From assembly GCA_024626585.2 (NCBI GenBank), contig JANKJI020000002.1, forward strand, positions 258,238,130 to 258,261,229: 23,100 nucleotides of DNA, given 5' to 3'. Positions 10,181 through 19,843 of this stretch are shown here, piece by piece. The stretch is from Ginkgo biloba. Lineage: Eukaryota > Plantae > Ginkgophyta. Below the pieces are notes generated by a model that did not search any database, was not told the origin of the DNA, and saw only the letters and a list, made by a program, of their open reading frames with translations. Numbering within the stretch: the first letter of the stretch is position 1; every line of letters starts with the position of its first letter. Position numbers and translations under genes: made by a program.

Positions 10181-11480
10181 AATTTGGCTTGGTGAGAGAA
10201 GATTGCATTTAATGAAGAATGTACTACAGATTAAATTGCATTAATTAGAAGAGAAAATTAGAGTTATAACATCATCTTAAGGCTAGTTGTATATTCCATT
10301 TATTAGGCCTTAATGACAAGCATTTATTACTCATGTCAAATAGCATTCAATGACATAATGAGGGTGCATTTGATGAAAGATAAGAAAAGGACAAAGCTTT
10401 AATGAAATGACATCTAGGATTAGGGTTACAACCTAATTTTAGAAGAGTCATGTCATTACATTTATTAAGATAGAGAAAACTACAAAAAGGAGAGAGAAAC
10501 CTTCTAAAGTATGAGAGCTGAGTGCAAATGTCTATGGCTTGATGTGAGAGGCCTAACCCTAGCATTTAATGTGATTTACTATCGTTGATGAAGCAATGAA
10601 AGAAGATATTGTACCCCAAGTTCATGTATTGATGTCCAAGTTCTATTGCATGATTATTAATGATGAATGCATGCCCTACTCTTATGTATGTATGCTAACC
10701 CATTGTTAATTATGGGCTCTACTAACAAGATGCATGTTTAGTCAACACTTATAACCCAACAAGTGATTCAAACATCTCTCGAATCCCTAAATCGTTTTTA
10801 GGCTTCCTACTAGAACCTTTTGGCCTCCAAGTTAAACACACACACCAATTCTTGATTGCTTATATTGCAGCATTGCATATTATCCATAGAAAAATGTATG
10901 TTCTCATTGTAGAGATTTGGGTTACGATCTACATGATACTATATTTAATAAAGCCAAAGTAATCAAGTTCTCGCACGTGGGTAGGTGAGATCTCAAACTG
11001 AGTTTGGGCTCTTGGTTTAGGTTGGAATCAAAAACCAGTGTTATACACTTACTTTTTGGTTTTCAAATCCTCAACAAGGAAGACTTCATACATGTAGATA
11101 TAAGTTTCACTTCATTAGTGGGGAATTTTGAACCATCAGAGGCAAATTTGAAATTAATTTGGTAATATTTTAATTTTGATACCCTAACCCATCACCCTAT
11201 AAAAATTATTTCCACACGCCACTTGTGTACACAAATTTTCAAAATGCCACATGCTCATCCATACTTGCAAACACTGCTAACCTCGGATAAAGCTTGGTTC
11301 AATTTTTTTCATTCTCAAGGTGTTCTCATGATCCTTAACTTTTTGCCTCTTGATGATTTGAATGTTACATTTGGAAATGCTTTTTGTCTTGAAGCCCTAC
11401 CATTCTTGCACTAGGTTGTTTAGGACAACATGCTTTCATAGTTATATGGATGGATTATTTTTGCTTACAGTACACTTGAT

Positions 11481-11761
11481 TGTTATGTTAGTTCATGAAA
11501 TGATTATGTAAATTAGTTTGTACACTTTGTAAGTTGAGACTAATTAGTTAAGTGATGCGGAAATTAGTTAGAGTAACTAGGATCATAATGTATACGTTTT
11601 CTAACAAGCACTACCTTTCTTACTTTGTACAGGGGGTTTCAAAGCCTATAAAAGGTCCCCATTTAAAATGTGAGTCATTGTCATTGTGCCCATTTTGCAC
11701 TTACTCCTATTGCTAATAATAAATCATCCTCTTTTGTGTGCATTGGTTGTGATCCCATACA
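11481..11761 (+). mobile_element. Probable solo LTR (281 bp)
   Basis: TGTTATG...CATACA termini, flanks ttgat/ttggt (5-bp TSD with one mismatch), TATA-like cctataaaagg at 11645-11655 and aataaa downstream. Confidence 0.55.
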
Positions 11762-12313
11762 TTGGTAATTGTCGCACACTTAGCACAACCTCCACCCTCC
11801 ACTCTCAATGCCATTCACTTGGATCCTTTAAGTTTTCACTCAAGATTTGGCATTGTTGTTAGTCACTGCGGGACTTCCTGATCTTGGTTGGTGATAGCAT
11901 TAGAGTTTGAGGAAGGATGATTGAAATTTGGGTAGAATGGGTGCTTAACATACATGATCAGGATCAAACATTCATGGAGAGATAATCGAATAATGAAGAT
12001 TCCTCTCCTGACATCTTTAGACAAGGAAGACATAGATGTAATTCAACGGTGGTGGAAATTCTTCATACAACATCATGTCTTGTTGGTACATCCAGATGAC
12101 ATTCAAAACTGGTTCAATTCTTTCATACAAAGACTAAAGTGTGTGTTGAAGAAGCTTTTCTACAATCAAATCTCAATGATCAGAAGGACACTTGTGTAAT
12201 AGCCCTGCTTACTAAACCTGCAACATAAGGCACTTTAGACCTGCAAAATATATGCTATAACAGAGATAGAAACAAGGCGATTGTTGACAAGTAAAGTCAC
12301 TGTTTTCTATATC

Positions 12314-12352
12314 CTGTGCATTGTTCGTTGGAGTTTGTGTGTCGTTCACTGG
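12314..12352 (+). repeat. Second copy of the same 21-bp repeat family, running into an N gap
   Basis: ctgtg-cattgttcgttggagtttgtg-tgtcgttcactgg matches the 13485 unit. Confidence 0.8.
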
Positions 12353-12786
12353 NNNNNNNNNNNNNNNNNNNNNNNNNNNNNNNNNNNNNNNNNNNNNNNN
12401 NNNNNNNNNNNNNNNNNNNNNNNNNNNNNNNNNNNNNNNNNNNNNNNNNNNNTAATTTGTATTTTTTTTTTTTTTTCAATTACACATTGGAGATAACCTC
12501 ATGTGTAAGTTACTCTAGGGGTAAGTCTTTAAAAAGACCCATGTATCCATTGTTTATTCATTCAAAATTTGAAATAATAAAGTGGTAAACCAAATCTACC
12601 TGAAATCTTTAGAGTGTTCACTTGCTCTTAGATCAGTTTTGTAGTTCTTCATCTGATATTCTTCTTAGATCCTAGTTTAATATACTTTCATTTATTATCA
12701 AAGTAAGTGATGATATTTGTCATCCGAAGACGATCTTGCATCTATGAAGATATCGGTAGGAAACCCTCCTTTGAAGAGGTGGTCAC

Positions 12787-13903
12787 TGCAAACTTTGTGA
12801 GAGAGTAGAGAAAAATGAAAAAGAAACCCTGAAAAATTCATGCCCCCTGAGCCATGGAGAAATTCAGAAGAACGCAAGAGGTGTAGGTCGCAAACAGAAG
12901 GAAGATCAAAGACAACCTAAGGAACTTCACCGAGATGAATAGAAGCAAAAAATAAATTGTGAAAAAATCGCATAGAAGGTGCTAAAGAAAATCTTTAGGT
13001 TTTCTCAGATGGGTCGTGGATCAAACAAGGAGGTTGCATATGCCACTTGGAAATGCCAGTGAATGTTGGACAGGCTGAGATACGGGATAAAGTCGTTGGA
13101 CGAGTCATGAGGAGGAGTTATAAGCTATGTAGAGCAGTGAGTAACAGAGAAAGAGCAATTGCAGAGAAAATCCCAGAATCGTGAGAAACCCTGAGTAGAG
13201 AAAGTCGTTTGTATACATTCGAAATGTTGGTGGAAGAACCAACTGAGAATCTGCAGTCGATAGGACGCAAGGAGAAGGATAAAGAACAGCGAACGAACGT
13301 CGTTCACGTAGACCACACGCAAGGAAGAGAGGGATTGGACGCCCACCGAGGATACACTATAGACGCAAGCACAAACTGCCATGCAGTGGAGAAGCCAAAC
13401 AAAGATCACATAGGGTCGAAGAAAAAATGCCCACCGCCATTGCAATGTTGAAAGCTGAAGTCCGTCATTTGCTGAGATTCAATTCATCGTTCGTTGGAGT
13501 CTGTGCATCGTTCGTTGAATTCTGTGAGTCGTTCGTTGGAGTCTGTGCGTTGTTTGCTAGAGAACATGATACCTGTTTGCTGGATTGTAATCACCGTTGT
13601 TAAGCAAATGGATTAGACTTGGTTTAGGGGAATTAAGGGATACCCCTTCATTTTGTAACATCACGACCCTTCATATTGTAACTTTTGTAGATGTATTTAT
13701 TGTAAGCCAATTCACGGCAATGGGGGGAGGCAAGCAGTAAGAAATCATCAATACTATGTAATATCTTTATATAAAGATCTCTCTTCTGTGCATTATATTC
13801 TGTACTGCGTGATTTTATGAATTTGGCATGTTAGTTTCCTGTGAATGTTACTGTAATACATAACTGAAATGCGTGCATGCTGAAATACATTCCAGCCACC
13901 ACA
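12787..13903 (+). mobile_element. Probable 3' LTR of an LTR retrotransposon
   Basis: Preceded by PPT-like tttgaagaggtggtcac, TG...CA ends (tgcaaac / ccaccaca), internal 21-bp tandem repeat and TATA-like palindrome atctttatataaagat. Boundaries inferred. Confidence 0.45.
13485..13562 (+). repeat. 21-bp tandem repeat (CATCGTTCGTTGGAGTCTGTG) x about 3.7
   Basis: Units start at 13485, 13506, 13527 and 13548. Confidence 0.9.
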
Positions 13904-15018
13904 GTCAATAGTTCTGGATTCTTTTCTCTAAAGGCAAACTTGTTGGTGAGACCAGCAGACCTTCTGTTTGGGTTACAGAAGCTTCCCATTGACTATGTTG
14001 ACTGCGTTGCGGAGAGAACGATTTGGCAGCAACAGCAACTTGCATAGAGTAAACAGATTTCAAATGCAGCTTTAAAAATGCACTAAACTCAATATGCATA
14101 CATTGCAAATGTTTATTTACGTTAATTTATGTCAACTAAAAATGAGATACAGTTTATTTAGAGGTTTCAGCAGGGGTAGCTGTTTGACTAGTGTCGACTT
14201 GTAGTATGAACCTCAACAACTTGCTATTGTCAGCCCAAGGCTAGAACTGGTCTTACCTCATCTTGTGTGCCTAAGGAGGGGTAATGTGCCCCACACATTC
14301 AGCAGATAAAGGCCGTATATGCTAAATAAAGCNNNNNNNNNNNNNNNNNNNNNNNNNNNNNNNNNNNNNNNNNNNNNNNNNNNNNNNNNNNNNNNNNNNN
14401 NNNNNNNNNNNNNNNNNNNNNNNNNNNNNNNNNNNNNNNNNNNNNNNNNNNNNNNNNNNNNNNNNNNNNNNNNNNNNNNNNNNNNNNNNNNNNNNNNNNN
14501 NNNNNNNNNNNNNNNNNNNNNNNNNNNNNNNNNNNNNNNNNNNNNNNGCATTTCCCCATTTGCTTTGTTTGAAACAGTTCTTCTTGATATGCTCAAAGCC
14601 TCTGCAGTCCTTTAGTAAGTGGCTTTCTGACCCAACTTTCACAGACCTATATACTGGGCATACCCTCCCCAGCACATCTTACCTTTACCTTTTCCATCTC
14701 TCTGTCTCATCTCTCAGATGATATGGATTCATCAGAAACCTGGTTAAGAGCTTTTTCCCTTCAACCAAATCAAACTGTTTGTTCGCAAGACAAAGAAATA
14801 GAAAAGAGAAGAAAGGAGGAGGATATGAAATTGGCGGAGGTAGGTCTACAGAATTCTATGTTAGGACTTATCACTTCACCCAGCAACATATTGCTAGCCC
14901 TGTATATTCTATCAGTGCATCATTACCCAAGTATTACTCAACAGAATCTACCTCACATATTCAAAAGATCATTTGCATATGAACAAGCATTTTCAGAAGA
15001 GCATGTCTCAATACAGAC

Positions 15019-15201
15019 CTCCAATGGCTTTCTTTTTAGAGGGANNNNNNNNNNNNNNNNNNNNNNNNNNNNNNNNNNNNNNTTCTTTCCATGGGATGAA
15101 TTTGATGAAAAATTTATTGTTGTCTTTGAGGAACTCAGGAGTCTTTCCTTTGCCTGCTTCAAGGTAGAGTACGATTCACCATTTGATGCCATGGGCCTGG
15201 A
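15019..15201 (-). CDS. At4g18490-like protein exon (..PMASNGESYSTLKQAKERLLSSSK...PLKRKPLE)
   Basis: Pyrimidine tract ttcattctcgccttAG|tccAG|gccc gives two possible starts: 15201 (phase 0) or 15196 (phase 2). Donor GAG|GTCTGT. LKRK basic motif resembles the family 'SLKRK' motif (recalled). 38-N gap at 15045-15082. Confidence 0.65.
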
Positions 15202-15313
15202 CTAAGGCGAGAATGAACAGTTTAATATACTTTGTCAGGCTTGAACTGAATTATGGAAGATTGCCTACAAACTACGAATAACTAAAAGAAGGATGAGAGT
15301 ATTTTTGTAGTAC

Positions 15314-15593
15314 CTGGAAACCTGCAGGCTGGGAAGNNNNNNNNNNNNNNNNNGAAGTGGATTTTGTCCCAGTAGAAACAGTTCTAGACTTCTGCTTGAG
15401 TGGATGTTTACCAACTTCCATTCCAGGTTCAGTAATCTTGGCAACTCCAAGAACACTTTTCTGGCTTTGATGGTTGGAGACAGACTGCGGAGCAGTACAA
15501 ATTCTTTCAAATACTGCCTTATTTCCAGAATTTGCCGTGGATGGTGGCATTTGACCCATTTTGCTCAAACTCTGCGCTGGGTTCACTTCAGAT
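15314..15593 (-). CDS. At4g18490-like protein exon ((R)SEVNPAQSLSKMGQMPP...TGTKST..PAGFQ, or ..LPSLQVS(R) if the gap changes frame)
   Basis: Acceptor gtgtgcAG|atctgaa, donor ttccag|GTACTA, open low-complexity frame. The 17-N gap at 15337-15353 leaves the last codons' frame uncertain. Confidence 0.7.
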
Positions 15594-16233
15594 CTGCACA
15601 CCACAAGATATAATCAACATTATTTTAAAACTTCGTGAATCATATGTTTGATGAAGTATATTATTTCCCCTTTTTCATGAATAAAAGTCTAAAATATTAC
15701 TTATATTCTCAAATGTTTACTGGACAAAAACAGTGATGCATTTGCTTGAGGGTGACTTCCACGCATGGGTTGGAGAATTCAAAATGACTTTAGAATTTTC
15801 ACACCAGTGCTTTCAGCACTGCTTTGTTCTATATGAAAGGCCTAGAAAACGTATCAGGGGATTTCAAGAAAAAGATCACAAGTGGCATCATATGCCATAT
15901 CACATCATAGGATGGTCTTGACAATTTCATGTTGATATATACACTCCAAAACAAGGCATGGTTGAAACAAATACACAGTTGCTTCTCACCTAGTTGTTCG
16001 GGACAGTGTACATTCCTCTACTAATTATGCACCCAGTTTGAATAAGTTTGATAGTGTCTCATGGGGATTGAACATTATGTTTTAAGTCTATGAATGTTCA
16101 GAATACTCTGCACAAAGCGACAAGTTGACTCACNNNNNNNNNNNNNNNNNNNNNNNNNNNNNNNNNNNNNNNNNNNNNNNNNNNNNNNNNNNNNNNNNNN
16201 NNNNNNNNNNNNNNNNNNNNNNNNNNNNNNNNN

Positions 16234-17280
16234 AGCAAGAAAATTAATCTCCTTTATTTTTTTGTTCTTCTTCCCTATTCTCTGATCTATCCTCTATCCT
16301 CCTTCTTCCTTCTCTATCTTTTGTTCTGCTCTTTTTCTATGCTATCCCTTGGAATTCATTTTTCAAAAAATTGTTGAAAAGTCTCTTGACATTTTGGATG
16401 CCCAAATAGTCAAATTAGGACACGATATTTTGGAGTAATTGTAGACATTGATGCCACCATACTATAGTCCAAAATTTGGTTTCTGAAACTTCACGAGCAT
16501 TGACTTATTAGCAAAAATATATTTTTCTATAATTTACACTTTTGAGGGGGTAAACAAACTTTTTTTGAGATCACTTTTGGACATCATAGGCATTTTGGTG
16601 TCTAGCAACTATAGTCCAAATTTTGTAACATTTTGAGTTTGTATGAAAAAGTTATGGTCAAAATATTGTTGATAGTTTTTTGTCATTTTACTCTTTGTTC
16701 ATCGAATGACATTGCCCATTTATCGAATGACTCAGTAATGTTTGTCGAATGACTTGGCCTATTCGTCGAATGACACTAACCCGTTTGTCAAACAACATGG
16801 CCCGTTTGCCGAAATGACCAAAATGATAGGCAGTCACTAAAATGAGCATAACTTTTAAACCATAGCTCTGTTTTTCACACTCTTAGTACCAAGACAAAGC
16901 TGACTGACAAGGCTACAACTTTCATTCACTGATCATGAGATGAAAATGTACGGATTTTGCCAAGTTTTCTCTGCAAACTGACTAACTTAAAAGATAACAG
17001 AAAATCAATTTAGATCCAAAAATGAATCATCACATTACTCAAAATTTGTCAATTTTGCACCCGAAGAGAGTATTAGTATTACCCGGGGACTCTAGTCTTT
17101 GTTAGTGTGCGAGCGTCCAGAGACAGTGCACCTTGGCAAGTATTTCATTGCACTTCTCTAGTTTTACTCTCCAAACACTTGCCACAAGATTGACCAAACC
17201 CAAGGCCCTAACAAAGCTAAAGCTATTCTAACTAATCTAGCCACCTAGGAAACTTTTGTACAAAACTCCTACCATACACA
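16234..17280. mobile_element. Unclassified repeat/LTR-like contig inside the GC-AG intron
   Basis: Bounded by two 100-N gaps, with an internal tandem array, repeated actatagtccaaa (twice) and no coding potential. Confidence 0.4.
16697..16819 (+). repeat. Degenerate 21/22-bp tandem array with TCGAATGAC core (6 cores)
   Basis: Cores at 16702, 16723, 16745, 16766, 16788 and 16809 (spacing 21,22,21,22,21). Confidence 0.85.
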
Positions 17281-17557
17281 NNNNNNNNNNNNNNNNNNNN
17301 NNNNNNNNNNNNNNNNNNNNNNNNNNNNNNNNNNNNNNNNNNNNNNNNNNNNNNNNNNNNNNNNNNNNNNNNNNNNNNNNATGTTAGTTTGATCACTAAT
17401 GCTATCTTTGAGATGCAGCTCATGTTTCAAAGGAACAACAGCTCTCCAAGTTGTAATTTCTCTACTTCATGCAAACAGATACAGATGAAAAATTAACTCA
17501 AATTATGGTTAACATAACAAAAAAGCTACATAACTCAAATATCTGAGCCTAACTTGC

Positions 17558-18430
17558 CTCTGCATTGTTGAGAAAGGATTTTTGGAAGGCGTATTTTGAT
17601 CTTTTCCAAGAGCTTCCTGATTCTGACATTGATTAATCTCTCCTCTAATATTATCATCCATATCCTCTCGAACCATTGTATTCAATTTGTCACTGGATAT
17701 CTTCTTAATACCACTCATGGCAGCATTCTTCAGAATACTGTCTGTTTTGTACGTATCAAGATTGCATTTGGAATGTTCATTTTCTGTGGGGATTGAATTC
17801 TTTGAGTGTGAATCAAAATTTGGCATCTCTGCATGGCTTGAATCAATTTTAGCTAAGCATTGGCATTGATCTCCTTCCTCAGGTTCCTTTGAACCAAGTT
17901 TTCCTTCCGATGGTGTACTCTTCAATGATAATTTGTCTCTAGAACCTGATTGGAAAGATGAAGCCGGTGATGACGCAACATTGTCTGGGCACTCTTGAAT
18001 CGACGCATCTTTCATGCTATTGGAATCTCCTGTATGCAACAAGTTTCCAAATGAGCAGGCATCTGCTACCACATCTTGCTTGATTACAGTAGTTTGCTTT
18101 TGCTTCTTTGGATCATTTCCAGCATCCTGGGAACCACTTGCACAAGTTGATTGTGCCAAACATGAAGTAACCCCTTCCGGAGGCTCTACCCATTCTAAAT
18201 TGCGCTCAGCTAGCTTAAAATTTGAATCCATTGCTGTTTGTGCTTTTGGTACTGCTCCAATTTCACTGCATTCTGAAATGTCATCTGTAGGTTTAGACAA
18301 CACAATGTTTTTACTTTTGGATGCAGTTTCTCTGTTTTCGCCAGAGTTCCTTGGCAGCATTTCTTGTTCTGGTTTTTTCTTTTCTTCTTTCCCCTTAAGC
18401 AATGTACTATCAAGATCAAATTCATCCAAC
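17558..18430 (-). CDS. At4g18490-like protein large exon (LDEFDLDSTLLKG...PFSTMQ(R)); S/D/N/K-rich, probably disordered
   Basis: Lies within the longest ORF of the window (17509-18441). Acceptor tgttttgtAG|gttggat continues FDFKG-LDEFDLDS. The 3' end is placed at the AG|GCAAGT GC donor. 873 nt, phase 2 to phase 2. Confidence 0.85.
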
Positions 18431-18661
18431 CTACAAAACAAATCAATAATTTAGATTCCCAAACGGGAAACTTGAAAAGGATCCAGAATCATTTTCTTAA
18501 TACATTTTGGTGTCATGAGGGTGCTGCTTTCTCTACAAACGTTCATCAAGAATTGCTGAAATTGAATAGAAAACAACTCCAAGAAAATTATGCATCATAT
18601 GCTGATGGTATCATAATTATTCCATGAGTAAATTAAAATATATATACATATTAAGACTCAC

Positions 18662-18862
18662 CCTTTGAAATCAAATTCAAATTTAAAATTATCTTTTCCT
18701 TCCTCTTTTCCCTCGGATTTTTCACGAATCTTAGTTTTAAACTTCTGCGTCTTAATTGGTGGACTTGGAAAATCCAGATCAGACATGTCAACACTGAATG
18801 CTGATAATNNNNNNNNNNNNNNTAATTTGGCAAAGCCTCCACCAAAATCAAAATCTGCATCA
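18662..18862 (-). CDS. At4g18490-like protein exon (DADFDFGGGFAKL..SAFSVDMSDLDFPSPPIK...KDNFKFEFDFK(G))
   Basis: Acceptor ctgaacAG|tgatgca, donor aaagg|GTGAGT. 201 nt, phase 2 to phase 2, in frame with both neighbours. Contains a 14-N gap at 18809-18822. Confidence 0.88.
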
Positions 18863-19286
18863 CTGTTCAGAAAGGAAGTGAATTCATGCAATTCCTGATA
18901 AAAACGCAAAAGAAATGTCTTCTGCAAATTGATTAGTGGTAGAAGAATGAAAATTACTACTACTATATCCTGATCCACTCAAGTCCTTGCTATCTAAGTA
19001 ATGAATCACGCACATGCGCACACACAGAATCTGTACTTAAGGATGTGACAGGCAATTACATCAAGAAGAGAGGGAAAAAGAGAAATTGTATGGGACCAAA
19101 AGCAATCAATGAGCAGGTAAAGACCAACATCAGCGGGGAGTGCCTAAAGCATCTCCAATCTATCTAAATACATCAAGTGTAATGTGCAATAAATGATAGT
19201 AAAACAGCCCAAGCGTATGGAAAGCCTAGATGCTGAATAGTATATAGAATAAAGATAAAGATTTCTTGCAAATTCATGTCACTTAC

Positions 19287-19413
19287 AGTTTATCCAAGGA
19301 GAAGCTGTTCCTTTTAGCTTTTGGAGGGGTGTCATTGCCAAAATCCAATGTAGCATCATTTTTCAGTGTGCTTGGCTTCCAAGAACTGAGAAAATCTTCA
19401 CCAATATCATCTT
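19287..19413 (-). CDS. At4g18490-like uncharacterised plant protein, first visible coding exon (xDDIGEDFLSSWKPSTLKNDATLDFGNDTPPKAKRNSFSLDK(L))
   Basis: Minus strand acceptor tgaaacAG|aagatgat and donor aaact|GTAAGT, open frame. The phase-2 end (CT) joins the T of the next exon to give Leu. DIGxDFLSSWK motif recalled from At4g18490-family N-termini. The ATG-containing exon is not visible. Confidence 0.8.
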
Positions 19414-19843
19414 CTGTTTCAGATAATGGAAACATCACTTCATCGTGCTAAATGGAAAAATGTCCACAAATATTTACAATAGTTGCCTTTGTAAAGTTGC
19501 ATGCAGTTTTGTACTTTTATTGTCTTGTGTGTGAGGTAAATGATGCATCTCCATTATACAACAATATGAAAAATTTCATATTCAAGTCAGCTTGTGATTG
19601 AAATTCACACCATGTAGAAAAGTTACTAAGGAAATACTAAGGAAATCTTGATGTAGGGAGATTTGATCGTGTGTATTTTATGTAATCCTTATAATATGTG
19701 ATAGCACTAAATCCCTAGAAGGATAATTTCTTAATCATTTGTGNNNNNNNNNNNNNNNNNNNNNNNNNNNNNNNNNNNNNNNNNNNNNNNNNNNNNNNNN
19801 NNNNNNNNNNNNNNNNNNNNNNNNNNNNNNNNNNNNNNNNNNN

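Larger units (their letters stand above)
15594..17557 (-). other. Probable GC-AG intron (repeat-filled, two 100-N gaps)
   Basis: Donor cagAG|GCAAGT matches the consensus at every position except +2. Its phase 2 fits the acceptor at 15594 (AG+A=Arg). The nearby GT (CAA|GTTAGG) would give ATC TGA, a stop. Confidence 0.65.

Noticed and set aside
14723-15205. 160-aa plus-strand ORF as a nested antisense gene
   Set aside because: Spans a 38-N gap, overlaps a minus-strand exon and its intron pyrimidine tract, and has no recognisable domain.
16697-16819. CRISPR-like repeat/spacer appearance of the TCGAATGAC array (also 13485-13562)
   Set aside because: Period is only 21-22 bp, linkers are related to each other, the context is a eukaryotic intron and there are no cas genes. 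It is an ordinary minisatellite.
18014-18454. 146-aa plus-strand ORF
   Set aside because: Antisense shadow of the large minus-strand exon, with no independent evidence.
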